From Flavobacteriales bacterium (GTDB lineage Bacteria; Bacteroidota; Bacteroidia; Flavobacteriales; BACL11): DNA of 64,000 nucleotides. Of this stretch, positions 26,748 to 35,498 are shown in pieces (the stretch's first letter is position 1; the number at the start of each line of letters is the position of its first letter). The stretch covers positions 128,122-192,121 of the forward strand of contig PAHP01000007.1 in the NCBI GenBank assembly GCA_002705205.1, in the 5' to 3' direction. The translations under genes were made by a program, and so were the position numbers. Under the pieces are notes generated by a model. The model searched no databases. It was not told the DNA's origin and saw nothing but the letters and a program-made list of their open reading frames with translations.

Positions 26748-27860
26748 TTACTCGATTATAATTCTCTTTTCTACACTCCCATCATCAAATATATAGAACA
26801 ATGGGGTATTAGTCTTTGATTTATTTGTTTCTTTTCCAAGAATGTTAAGTACTCGTATAAGTTCTTTTCTTTTCGCGTTACTATTTAAGATACTAGTTGG
26901 CACACTACATAGATTATGATTTAACATGTTTTGTCTATAGTTGTTAATAGCAGCTAGCATTCTAGTTTTTTGCCCGTTAGTGAATAGGTTCATACAAGCA
27001 TCATTAGTATAATCCATATAGTTCATAAACATGTCTCCATTGGAATTAGTTGTGTTGCAAGAGTTTGGGTTTTTAGGAAATCCAGGGCATGAATAATTTT
27101 CTTGCTCTTGTTTTGGGGTATCAGACACTTGATCATTCCCACAATTATTGTCACCCCACACGTGTTCCAGATTAAGCCAATGCCCTACTTCATGTGTTGC
27201 TGTTCTTCCTTTATTATATGGGGCTTGAACTGTGCCGGTATTACCAAAATAATTATATCCAATTACTACGCCATCTACATTGCTTATCCAGTTGCTTGGA
27301 GGTGTTGCATACCCAAGGATCCCTCCTCCTAGGTTACATACCCAGATATTTAAATAATCATCATTTGGCCATGCAGATGCTTCATCTTTAACTGTGGTTC
27401 CTCCCCACATAAGGAATTGGTCTGCATTGGTCTGAACTCGATTAATTCCTGTCGTGGGATTTCCGTTTGGATCAGTTTGCGCTAAGCAAAACTCTATCTC
27501 TACATCAGCAGCAATAGAATTCCATGCTGAAGGGGTATTTATTGCGTCAATATTTGTTCTTCTATAGTCTTGATTTAGGATGTCAATTTGTGATTGGATT
27601 TGTGCATTAGATATATTTTGAGTGTTTGTTTTCCAAACGACATGAACTACTACCGGTATAGAAATGATGGTCTCTTCTTTATGGTTAGGATGGCTCTTGA
27701 TCCATTCTTTAGTTTGAGTATTTACTTTTGATCTAGCTAAAGCATATTCTGGATTATTTAACATCATTTGCTCCGTGATCATTACAGTTCCACATCTTTC
27801 TTGAGCATTTATTAAAAAAGTAGAACATACAATTAGTAGTGTAAATAGTTGTTTTGTCAT
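26748..27860 (-). CDS. Secreted zinc metalloprotease, M43 (pappalysin-like), with a T9SS C-terminal sorting domain
   Basis: HEVGHWLNLEHVWG zincin motif. Signal peptide MTKQLFTLLIVCSTFLINA|QE. The C-terminal ~70 aa (…ELIRVLNILGKET…PLFYIFDDGSVEKRIIIE) look like a T9SS CTD. I prefer the ATG at 27860 because the ORF-track TTG at 27884 lies inside the -7 box. Confidence 0.8.
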   Translation of the reverse strand: MTKQLFTLLIVCSTFLINAQERCGTVMITEQMMLNNPEYALARSKVNTQTKEWIKSHPNHKEETIISIPVVVHVVWKTNTQNISNAQIQSQIDILNQDYRRTNIDAINTPSAWNSIAADVEIEFCLAQTDPNGNPTTGINRVQTNADQFLMWGGTTVKDEASAWPNDDYLNIWVCNLGGGILGYATPPSNWISNVDGVVIGYNYFGNTGTVQAPYNKGRTATHEVGHWLNLEHVWGDNNCGNDQVSDTPKQEQENYSCPGFPKNPNSCNTTNSNGDMFMNYMDYTNDACMNLFTNGQKTRMLAAINNYRQNMLNHNLCSVPTSILNSNAKRKELIRVLNILGKETNKSKTNTPLFYIFDDGSVEKRIIIE

Positions 27861-27881
27861 TTTTACAGTTATTTTGGATAG

Positions 27882-27889
27882 CAAATTTA
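27882..27889 (-). promoter_or_regulatory. -7 box TAAATTTG upstream of the M43 protease gene
   Basis: The plus-strand CAAATTTA is the reverse complement of TAnnTTTG, 21 nt before the ATG at 27860. Confidence 0.4.
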
Positions 27890-27960
27890 GTTTATTTTAA
27901 CGAAATAATACTTTTAAAAGTTTTGTTTCGTCTTAATTATCTAAAAAAAAAGGCTAAATT

Positions 27961-27991
27961 TTTGCTTGTTCTATCAGATTGTTTAATTTTG
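27961..27991 (+). promoter_or_regulatory. Bacteroidetes sigma-A type promoter of rplU-rpmA (-33 TTTG, -7 TAATTTTG)
   Basis: TTTG at 27961-27964 and TAATTTTG at 27984-27991, separated by 19 nt. ATG 25 nt downstream. Confidence 0.55.
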
Positions 27992-28016
27992 CAGACCATT
28001 TTTAAAAAAAATAATA

Positions 28017-28514
28017 ATGTACGCAATAGTTGAGATAGCAGGGCAACAATTTAAAGTTGAGAAAGATCAGCAGATATTTGTACACAGGTTAGAAACTAAA
28101 GAAGGGTCAAACATTGATTTTGATAAAGTTCTTTTGATGGATAATTCTGGTAAAGTAAATGTTGGCGCCCCAGTTATAAAAGGAGCTAAGGTAACAGCAA
28201 AAGTGCTTGAGCATCTTAAAGGAGATAAAGTGATAGTTTTTAAAAAGAAAAGAAGAAAGGGGTATAAAGTTAAAAACGGTCATAGACAATATTTAACAAA
28301 GCTAGAAATTCTTAAAATTGATGATAAAGCTGCTAGTTCAAAAAAGACTTCTGCTAAAAAGGACGTTAAATCAATTGTTGAAAAAGCACCAGCAAAGAAA
28401 ACTGCTGCTAAAAAGCCGGCTGCTAAAAAAGCACCAGCAAAGAAAACTGCTGCTAAAAAGCCGGCTGCTAAAAAAGCACCAACAAAGAAAACTACAGCTA
28501 AAAAAGCTGAATAA
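28017..28514 (+). CDS. rplU: 50S ribosomal protein L21 with a ~60-aa Lys/Ala/Pro-rich C-terminal extension
   Basis: [14 protein letters not shown]... is the canonical L21 core (~103 aa). It continues in frame into [14 protein letters not shown]...([15 protein letters not shown])x2...[12 protein letters not shown]. Confidence 0.9.
   Translation: MYAIVEIAGQQFKVEKDQQIFVHRLETKEGSNIDFDKVLLMDNSGKVNVGAPVIKGAKVTAKVLEHLKGDKVIVFKKKRRKGYKVKNGHRQYLTKLEILKIDDKAASSKKTSAKKDVKSIVEKAPAKKTAAKKPAAKKAPAKKTAAKKPAAKKAPTKKTTAKKAE
28386..28475 (+). repeat. Perfect 45-bp tandem duplication inside the rplU tail, plus a degenerate third copy to about 28510
   Basis: gcaccagcaaagaaaactgctgctaaaaagccggctgctaaaaaa occurs at 28386-28430 and identically at 28431-28475. 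The third copy has several substitutions. Confidence 0.9.
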
Positions 28515-28536
28515 GTAAAAATTAAAATCTTAGATA

Positions 28537-28794
28537 ATGGCACATAAGAAAGGAGCAGGTAGTTCAAAAAACGGTAGAGAATCACAAAGTAAACGATTAG
28601 GCGTAAAGATCTTTGGAGGGCAAGCCATTATTGCAGGAAATATTATTGTACGACAAAGAGGAACTGTACATAATGCTGGTGAAAATGTAGGTATGGGTAA
28701 GGATCATACTTTATTTGCGTTAGCTGATGGTAAAGTTAAATTTACAAAAAAGAGAAATAATAAATCCTATGTTTCTGTTGAAACAATAAACTAA
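28537..28794 (+). CDS. rpmA: 50S ribosomal protein L27
   Basis: 85 aa. [24 protein letters not shown]. Confidence 0.95.
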   Translation: MAHKKGAGSSKNGRESQSKRLGVKIFGGQAIIAGNIIVRQRGTVHNAGENVGMGKDHTLFALADGKVKFTKKRNNKSYVSVETIN

Positions 28795-28820
28795 GGGTTG
28801 CATCATATTATAATTTAGAA

Positions 28821-28848
28821 AACTCTTGAGCAATCAAGAGTTTTTTAT
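28821..28848 (+). terminator. Rho-independent terminator after rpmA
   Basis: Stem AACTCTTGA / TCAAGAGTT with loop GCAA, followed by a T-run. Confidence 0.8.
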
Positions 28849-28849
28849 T

Positions 28850-28857
28850 TACATTTG
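28850..28857 (+). promoter_or_regulatory. -7 box TACATTTG upstream of serS
   Basis: Matches TAnnTTTG, 25 nt before the ATG at 28883. A TTG sits 21 nt upstream, inside the terminator stem. Confidence 0.35.
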
Positions 28858-28882
28858 TTTATGATTTTAATAAAATAATAAG

Positions 28883-30151
28883 ATGTTACATATTACTAAT
28901 ATAAGAGAGAATAAGGAAAACTTTATTACGTTATTAAAAATAAAGAACATTGATGCTGCTGATTTAGTAATATCTGCTATTTCTAAAGATGATGAGCGCA
29001 AAAAAAATCAGAAAAGTGTGGATGATTTATTGGCTCAAGGCAATAAGTTAGCTAAGAAGATCGGTGAATTATATAAAATAGGGCAAGCTGATAAAGCAAG
29101 CACATTAAAAGAGGAATCATCTTTAATTAAGGAGAGGTCTAAGAAGTTACAAGAAAAACAGACAATTCTTGAAAAAGAAATTCAAGAAATTTTAGTCCAG
29201 ATTCCTAATATTCCACATCCAAGCGTTCCTGTTGGTAAGTCTGATGCAGATAATATTACAATTAAAGAAGTAGGGAAGATTCCAACTTTATTTGATGGAG
29301 CAAAACCTCATTGGGAGCTCGCAAATGATTATAAACTGATAGATTTTGATTTAGGAAATAAGATTACAGGTGCTGGATTTCCTGTTTATACGAATAAAGG
29401 GGCAAGGTTACAAAGAGCACTGATTGCTTATTTTTTGGATAAAAATATTGATGCTGGTTATATAGAATATTTACCTCCTCATGTTGTGAATGAAGCTTCA
29501 GGTTTTGGTACTGGACAGCTACCTAAGTTTGAAGAAGATCTATATAAGATACCTTCCGAGACAGACTTATATCTTATCCCAACTGCTGAAGTGCCTGTTA
29601 CTAATTTTTTTCGAGATATCATTGTAAATGAGTTTCCTATTAAATGTACTGCTTATACTCCATGCTTTAGGCGTGAGGCAGGTTCGTATGGTAAAGAAGT
29701 TAGAGGCCTAAATAGGTTGCACCAATTTGATAAAGTAGAGATTGTTCAAATTCAACATCCTGAAAAATCATATGAGGCATTAGATTCAATGGTTCATCAT
29801 GTAGCTATTATTTTAGATGAATTAGAATTGCCATATAGGATTTTACAACTATGTGGAGGGGATCTAAGCTTTACATCTGCATTAACTTATGACTTTGAAG
29901 TATTCTCTGCTGGTCAAGAAAGGTGGTTAGAGGTAAGTTCTGTTTCTAATTTTGAAAGTTATCAAGCTAATAGGTTAAAGTTAAGATATAAAGATGAAAA
30001 CGGAAAAAATAAGCTTTGCCATACTTTAAATGGAAGCGCATTAGCATTACCAAGAGTTTATGCTGCACTCTTAGAAAATAATCAGACTACTGAAGGAATT
30101 AAAATACCTCAAGTATTACAGCCTTATACTGGATTTGATATCATAAAGTAA
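28883..30151 (+). CDS. serS: Serine--tRNA ligase
   Basis: 422 aa. N-terminal coiled-coil arm and a class II core (FRREAGSYGKEVRGLNRLHQFDKVE, TLNGSALALPR). Confidence 0.95.
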   Translation: MLHITNIRENKENFITLLKIKNIDAADLVISAISKDDERKKNQKSVDDLLAQGNKLAKKIGELYKIGQADKASTLKEESSLIKERSKKLQEKQTILEKEIQEILVQIPNIPHPSVPVGKSDADNITIKEVGKIPTLFDGAKPHWELANDYKLIDFDLGNKITGAGFPVYTNKGARLQRALIAYFLDKNIDAGYIEYLPPHVVNEASGFGTGQLPKFEEDLYKIPSETDLYLIPTAEVPVTNFFRDIIVNEFPIKCTAYTPCFRREAGSYGKEVRGLNRLHQFDKVEIVQIQHPEKSYEALDSMVHHVAIILDELELPYRILQLCGGDLSFTSALTYDFEVFSAGQERWLEVSSVSNFESYQANRLKLRYKDENGKNKLCHTLNGSALALPRVYAALLENNQTTEGIKIPQVLQPYTGFDIIK

Positions 30152-31957
30152 ATGCGATTGCTGCTAGTATTTCTATTCATTTCCTCTTTTGCTTTCTCCC
30201 AGCAAAGTAATCAGCAGATAGCTTATCAGTATTATATTAATGGGGAATACAAGAAAGCAATATCTCTTTATGAAGAGTTAATAAAATCAAGATTATCAGT
30301 TGCATATTACTCACCATATCTTCAATCATTATTTCAGATGAAGAATTACAAAGCTGCTGATGCTTTAGCTAGAAAGTTTGTCAAAAAATATCCAAAAAGT
30401 TTAACTTATCAGATAGAAGTTGGGATTTTACAAGAAAAGTTAGGAAATATAAAAAAGGCAGATAGGATTTTCAAGAAAGTAATTGATAAAATTGATGGCA
30501 GTAGAGCAAAAGCAATAAATATCTCAAATACATTTAATAAATATGGTATGTTTGAGAGAGCACTTGATGTATATATATTGTCAGAGAAGATAAACCCTAA
30601 AAATAATTTTGGTTCTAATAAAGCACAGCTATATGCGCAGTTAGGTCATTCAGATTTAATGATTTCTGAGTACTTGAGTATGTTAGAAAGAGATCCAAGA
30701 CAAAAGCAGTTTGTGATAAGTAATGTCCAGAAATTTATGGATAATGATGGGATTAAGAGTGATAAAAATTATCAACTTGTCAAAAAAGCACTATTGCCAT
30801 TTGTGCGAAATGAGAATGAAAGATCTGATTTTACTGAGATGCTGATTTGGCTATTTATGCAGAATCATCAATTTAAAATGGCTTTAACGCAAGCAAAAGC
30901 TTTAGATAGAAGGTTAGATGCTTATGGTGAGGAGGTCTATGATCTAGCAGAATCTTTTCTAGATAAAGAATATTATGATCTAGCTATTGAGGCATATGAA
31001 TATGTTATTAATAAAGGGAAAGATAATTTTCTATATATTGATGCTAATATTAATAAGTTATTTGCTTTAACGAAGCAGCTTGATGCAGAAGAGAATAATA
31101 TTAGTGATCTCGACAATTTGTATAAGTCTCTTATTTTTGAGTTGGGTAAAAATAGTAATACAGTGCTACTCCTTTCAAATTTTGCTCATTTTAAGGCATT
31201 TTATTTGCATGACCTGCAATCTGCTGAAATTTTGTTGTTAGATGCCATGAGAATATCTGGAGTAGATGATTATGATTTAGCTGAGTGTAAACTTGAGTAT
31301 GCCGATATTCAATTGTTGATGGGTAATATTTGGGAGTCATTACTTTATTATTCGCAAGTGGAAAAAGATTTTAAAGAGCATCCAATTGGGCATGAAGCTA
31401 AACTTAGAAGAGCAAAAGTTGCCTACTATCAAGGAGACTTCCAATGGGCACAGGCACAGTTAGAAACTTTAAAAGCATCAACTTCAAAGCTTATTGCGAA
31501 TGATGCAATGGAACTCTCATTAATAATTACAGATAATTATAACTTAGATACCACTGAAATAGCAATGAGTAATTTTTCTTCAGCAGACTTACTAAATTAT
31601 CAGCAAAGATATTCTGAAGCAATAGAAAAGTATGATGCTATTCTTAATTCTTTTAGTGGTCATACATTATCAGATGAGATATTTATGCGCAAAGCAGAGA
31701 TATTTCTAATACAAGGTAAAATAGCAGCAGCGTTATTAGAACTTGAGCGAATAGAAGATAGCTGGGCTTATGATATTTTAGCAGATGATGCCGTTTATAA
31801 GAGGGCCCAAGTATATGATATTAAGTTACAAGACACAGAAAAAGCAATGCTACTTTATGAGAAGATATTATTAGAGCATAGTGGAAGTGTTTATGTTGAG
31901 GAGTCTAGAAAGAGATATAGAGAGTTGCGAGGTGATAATATAAATAATACAGAATGA
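30152..31957 (+). CDS. Exported tetratricopeptide-repeat protein
   Basis: 601 aa. Signal peptide MRLLLVFLFISSFAFS|QQ. Multiple TPR-like A/Y/L repeats. The ATG directly abuts the serS stop (TAAATG). Confidence 0.7.
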   Translation: MRLLLVFLFISSFAFSQQSNQQIAYQYYINGEYKKAISLYEELIKSRLSVAYYSPYLQSLFQMKNYKAADALARKFVKKYPKSLTYQIEVGILQEKLGNIKKADRIFKKVIDKIDGSRAKAINISNTFNKYGMFERALDVYILSEKINPKNNFGSNKAQLYAQLGHSDLMISEYLSMLERDPRQKQFVISNVQKFMDNDGIKSDKNYQLVKKALLPFVRNENERSDFTEMLIWLFMQNHQFKMALTQAKALDRRLDAYGEEVYDLAESFLDKEYYDLAIEAYEYVINKGKDNFLYIDANINKLFALTKQLDAEENNISDLDNLYKSLIFELGKNSNTVLLLSNFAHFKAFYLHDLQSAEILLLDAMRISGVDDYDLAECKLEYADIQLLMGNIWESLLYYSQVEKDFKEHPIGHEAKLRRAKVAYYQGDFQWAQAQLETLKASTSKLIANDAMELSLIITDNYNLDTTEIAMSNFSSADLLNYQQRYSEAIEKYDAILNSFSGHTLSDEIFMRKAEIFLIQGKIAAALLELERIEDSWAYDILADDAVYKRAQVYDIKLQDTEKAMLLYEKILLEHSGSVYVEESRKRYRELRGDNINNTE

Positions 31958-32262
31958 TAATATATAATGTAACTGTTAATGTTGATAAGAATATTAATGA
32001 TGATTGGTTAGAATGGATGCAGAAAGTTCATATCCCAGAGGTAATGGAAGCAGGAGTTTTTATTAAGTCACAAATAAATCAAGTGATTACTGAATCAGAT
32101 ACTGGTTATACTTATGCAATTGCTTATACTTGTGCTAGCATGAAAGACTTACATCAGTATCAAGTTAATTTTGCGCCTGGATTACAACAAAAACATGTTG
32201 TTCGCTATGGAGATAAGGCGGTTTCTTTTCGCACTATTTTAGAGGTGATCAAGGAATTTTAG
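31954..32262 (+). CDS. DUF4286-family protein
   Basis: 102 aa. MIIYNVTVNVDKNINDDWLEWM... is typical of DUF4286 (recalled from memory). 4-nt ATGA overlap with the TPR gene. Confidence 0.6.
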   Translation: MIIYNVTVNVDKNINDDWLEWMQKVHIPEVMEAGVFIKSQINQVITESDTGYTYAIAYTCASMKDLHQYQVNFAPGLQQKHVVRYGDKAVSFRTILEVIKEF

Positions 32263-32270
32263 AGCTCATT

Positions 32271-33506
32271 TTGAAGAAAGTTATTAAAGCATACTTACAA
32301 TTAGAAGAACATGTTCTTTTAATGATAAAGGCTGAATTTTTTGTGCAGTTAATTGGCGCGGCTTTCTTTCTTATTTTAAATATATATTTAGCTAAGCAGG
32401 GTTTTTCTGACCCTGAGATTGCCAATTTTATTTCTTATCGTTTTTTGGCAGTTATGTTGTTAGCATTCCCTCTAGGTTTTTTTATAAAAGGAAAAGCGCT
32501 GAAGCCCTTTTTTTTGTTGGGTAGTATAGGTGTGCCTACAGTTGCTATTGCTCTTGTGTTAGCCGTACAAAACTCTTTATTCTATTTATTACCAATGTTG
32601 TTTGTATTGTGGGGTATTGTATTTACGCTTTTTCAAGTGAGCTCTTTGCCTTATGTAATGCGAAATACATTTGTAGATAATCAATCTCATGCTATATCAT
32701 TGAATTATGCTACTCATAGTTTTGGTACTATTTTAAGTGGGGTAATTATATTTGGATTTGGACAATTTATGCAAGAAATTAATGAAGGAATCATTCTGCT
32801 TTTTATTGCTACAATTGGTTTCTTTGGGGTATATTTTCTGCTGAAAATAAAAGTAGATGTCATAATCCCTGTTAAAAAAGGTTTACAATGGAGATTTTAT
32901 GATTGGGATTTGTTGCTTAAGGCAATTATTCCAACTGTGATTATTGCTATTGGAGCAGGGCTTACTATTCCGTTTATTAATTTATTCTTCTTTCATAATT
33001 TTCAGATAGATTCCTCAGGATTTGCAGTTATTGGTGGTGTGGCTAGTATATTGGTTGCTATTTTAGCTTTGCTTGTTCCCAATGTTAAGAATAAATTAGG
33101 CTTTAGAAAAGGCATAACATATACGCAAACTACTGCAATCATTGCTTTAATTGCTTTGGCTACTACTGAGTTCTTTGCGCAATATTTTTGGGCATTTCCT
33201 ATTGCTGTTTTGTGCTTCTGGGTGCGTACCCCACTTATGAATATGGCTGCCCCTATGACTTCTGAGCTTACGATGAATTATGTAGGAAAGAAAAATCAAG
33301 AGATGCTGAGTGCAATTATGGCTGCAATATGGAGCGGTAGTTGGTTTTTTAGCTCACAGATATTTAGATACCTAAAATCAGAGGGCTTGCCCTATGCTTA
33401 TATTTTTTATATCACAGCTGCATTATATGCTCTTGGTGTGCTTATGTATTATTTGTTAGTATTGGATTATGAGAAAGGCATTTCTAGTAAGACTATAAAT
33501 TACTAG
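32271..33506 (+). CDS. MFS transporter
   Basis: 411 aa, about 12 TM segments. The start is uncertain: TTG at 32271 or ATG at 32322. Confidence 0.7.
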   Translation: MKKVIKAYLQLEEHVLLMIKAEFFVQLIGAAFFLILNIYLAKQGFSDPEIANFISYRFLAVMLLAFPLGFFIKGKALKPFFLLGSIGVPTVAIALVLAVQNSLFYLLPMLFVLWGIVFTLFQVSSLPYVMRNTFVDNQSHAISLNYATHSFGTILSGVIIFGFGQFMQEINEGIILLFIATIGFFGVYFLLKIKVDVIIPVKKGLQWRFYDWDLLLKAIIPTVIIAIGAGLTIPFINLFFFHNFQIDSSGFAVIGGVASILVAILALLVPNVKNKLGFRKGITYTQTTAIIALIALATTEFFAQYFWAFPIAVLCFWVRTPLMNMAAPMTSELTMNYVGKKNQEMLSAIMAAIWSGSWFFSSQIFRYLKSEGLPYAYIFYITAALYALGVLMYYLLVLDYEKGISSKTINY

Positions 33507-33647
33507 AAATAAAAACCAAAAAGGCGCCCAAACAGTTCCCTCAATATTTTACACATAAGAAATAGAAAGCAAATTTAGAAAGATGATACAGATATTATCC
33601 TAACACCTTTTTAAATGATTAAAGTAATCTTTAAAATTAGCTTTTGA

Positions 33648-34682
33648 TTATTTATCTTCTAGTTCTTTGATTTTTGATAGAAGTAGTTTATTACTTTCAA
33701 TTAGTTCAATAATTTGCTTTTGCTGTTCTTTTATTGAATTAATAATTATGTAATGCAGAGATGAATCATCAAAAGTCAAAACACTTTTTTTAATGCCTAA
33801 ATCAACAAAATCCCTTTTATTTAAATAGCTAGGTAAAATATTAGTTAGTTCAGTAGAAGTTAAGCCAACCCTATATTGCGATTTATCATCTTTAAACGTA
33901 TATTTTTTTGGTTTTATTTTCATTAGGGTTTTCAGACCTAAATTAAATGGAGTGACATCAATTAATAATTCTCTATTTACAATATTTTCTGAAGCAGAAC
34001 CTGATTTAAAAATTATTCCTTTAGAAGAAATGATATATCCGCTTTCTACTATAATATTTCCTGTATTTTTCAAAGTTAAAATAGATTTAAAAATACCCGA
34101 CTTTGCCTCAGATCCAAATTCCCGATTCCAGGTTCCAAACTGCAAGTGCTCCTTACTATTCCAACAAATATCCATATTAGATGATGAAAAATAAAGTGAT
34201 GGTATTCCGGAATTACCTCCCTGATGGTTAATTATATTTAGAAAGCCATCCATACCATTTTCATCACCGATTTTTTTACCATTATCTAAATATCCAAATA
34301 ATTGATCTCTATTACTAGGATTTGTCGCAAACCTACCTCCAATTGCAATTTGCCCAAACTGATTTATCATAAAGCGACCATAACCTCCCGTAAGTAAAGA
34401 TAGAGCGCCTGGGTGTTCAATATCATTTTTACCATAAAGATGAATTGAAGAGCCATCAAAATTATGGCCAAAACTATTCTTGCCACTATTAACTAACAGC
34501 TCAGACCTTCCTATTTTTTTATTTGAATATATAGTAGGGGATATAGTTTTTAATGAATCATGGTCATTTGTTAGTATCAATTTATTGGTTGAAATTGCAT
34601 CCCAATTATGAGAAACTAACTTGCCTTGGGAATAGCTTAATAACGGATACAGAAAAAATAGTATAAGTAGTTGTTTTGTCAT
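33648..34682 (-). CDS. Exported tail-fibre-domain protein (C-terminal peptidase S74 / intramolecular-chaperone-like domain)
   Basis: Signal peptide MTKQLLILFFLYPLLSYS|QG. The C-terminus (...LKTLMKIKPKKYTFKDD...YRVGLTSTELTNILPSYL...INSIKEQQKQIIELIESNKLLLSKIKELEDK) matches the pattern of phage tail-fibre/endosialidase chaperone domains. ATG at 34682 preferred over 34697. Confidence 0.6.
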   Translation of the reverse strand: MTKQLLILFFLYPLLSYSQGKLVSHNWDAISTNKLILTNDHDSLKTISPTIYSNKKIGRSELLVNSGKNSFGHNFDGSSIHLYGKNDIEHPGALSLLTGGYGRFMINQFGQIAIGGRFATNPSNRDQLFGYLDNGKKIGDENGMDGFLNIINHQGGNSGIPSLYFSSSNMDICWNSKEHLQFGTWNREFGSEAKSGIFKSILTLKNTGNIIVESGYIISSKGIIFKSGSASENIVNRELLIDVTPFNLGLKTLMKIKPKKYTFKDDKSQYRVGLTSTELTNILPSYLNKRDFVDLGIKKSVLTFDDSSLHYIIINSIKEQQKQIIELIESNKLLLSKIKELEDK

Positions 34683-34764
34683 ATTACAATAGTACATAAT
34701 TTATAGAAAATATGAACATGAAAAAGTTGGGGTAGAAAGATTACAAGCTATCATCTTTTGCTTG

Positions 34765-35403
34765 TTATTGTAAAAACGGGTTATGTTTCTTTTCATATCC
34801 TAGATTGGTAAAAGGACCATGTCCGCAAAAAACTTGTGTTTCATTGGGTAAAGGAAAAAGCTTTGTAATGATACTATTAATAAGTGTACTATGATCTCCT
34901 CCTGGCAAATCAGTTCGGCCAATACTTCCTTTAAATAGAACATCTCCAGAAATAATCCAGCCTTCTTTTTCACTATACAAACCAATATGACCTGGAGCAT
35001 GCCCTGGAATGAAAATAATATCTAGTTCGTTATTTCCAAACTTCAGCTTGTCTCCATCCTTTAAAAAATGTTTTGGATAAGGAGAATCTTCATATTTATC
35101 AAGTCCATACATTTTAGCAACTGTTGCTGTATTACCTAAAAGGGGTAGATCTTTTTTGTGTATACAAAGTTCTACATTATATTTTTCACTAATAAATTTA
35201 TTTCCTAAAACATGGTCAATATGGCAATGTGTATTAATAAGCTTTACTGGCTCTAGATCGTTAGATTCAATAAAGTTAGCTAATTCAGTTTTCTCAGAAT
35301 TTTCATAACAACCTGGATCAATAATAATACATTGCTTTGTTTCATCATAGAGAATATATGTATTCTCTTGAAAAGGATTAAATGTTAGAGATTTTACTTG
35401 CAT
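34765..35403 (-). CDS. MBL-fold metallo-hydrolase (glyoxalase II-like)
   Basis: 212 aa with the HxHxDH motif (THCHIDHV) and downstream His/Asp ligands. Confidence 0.85.
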   Translation of the reverse strand: MQVKSLTFNPFQENTYILYDETKQCIIIDPGCYENSEKTELANFIESNDLEPVKLINTHCHIDHVLGNKFISEKYNVELCIHKKDLPLLGNTATVAKMYGLDKYEDSPYPKHFLKDGDKLKFGNNELDIIFIPGHAPGHIGLYSEKEGWIISGDVLFKGSIGRTDLPGGDHSTLINSIITKLFPLPNETQVFCGHGPFTNLGYEKKHNPFLQ

Positions 35404-35420
35404 GTGTAATAATTTGACTG

Positions 35421-35428
35421 CAAATATA
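35421..35428 (-). promoter_or_regulatory. -7 box TATATTTG upstream of the MBL hydrolase gene
   Basis: The plus-strand CAAATATA is the reverse complement of TAnnTTTG, 17 nt before the ATG at 35403. Confidence 0.35.
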
Positions 35429-35486
35429 TGTTAATTAAAGTGTGATAACTATAAAGTGATGTTATCTTAGTGTTGATATTCATTAT

Positions 35487-35494
35487 TATTTTTG
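35487..35494 (+). promoter_or_regulatory. -7 box TATTTTTG upstream of the TauE-like gene (leaderless geometry)
   Basis: Matches TAnnTTTG. Only 4 nt lie between the motif and the ATG at 35499. Confidence 0.4.
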
Positions 35495-35498
35495 CTTC

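Noticed and set aside
27846-27860. 15-nt identity (tagttgttttgtcat) between the 5' ends of the M43 protease gene and the tail-fibre-like gene (34668-34682)
   Set aside because: Both simply encode MTKQL at the start of similar signal peptides. Identity stops immediately outside these 15 nt, so there is no evidence of a shared mobile or regulatory element.
28280-28585. 101-aa minus-strand ORF and 66-aa plus-strand alternative-frame ORF over the rplU tail
   Set aside because: They are generated by the periodic AAA/GCT repeat of the L21 Lys/Ala tail. The L21 frame is continuous with a canonical core, so these are repeat artefacts.
33507-34764. Prophage remnant or mobile island around the tail-fibre-like gene
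   Set aside because: No integrase, transposase, tRNA attachment site, direct repeats or other phage structural genes are visible, and the flanks are ordinary metabolic and transport genes.
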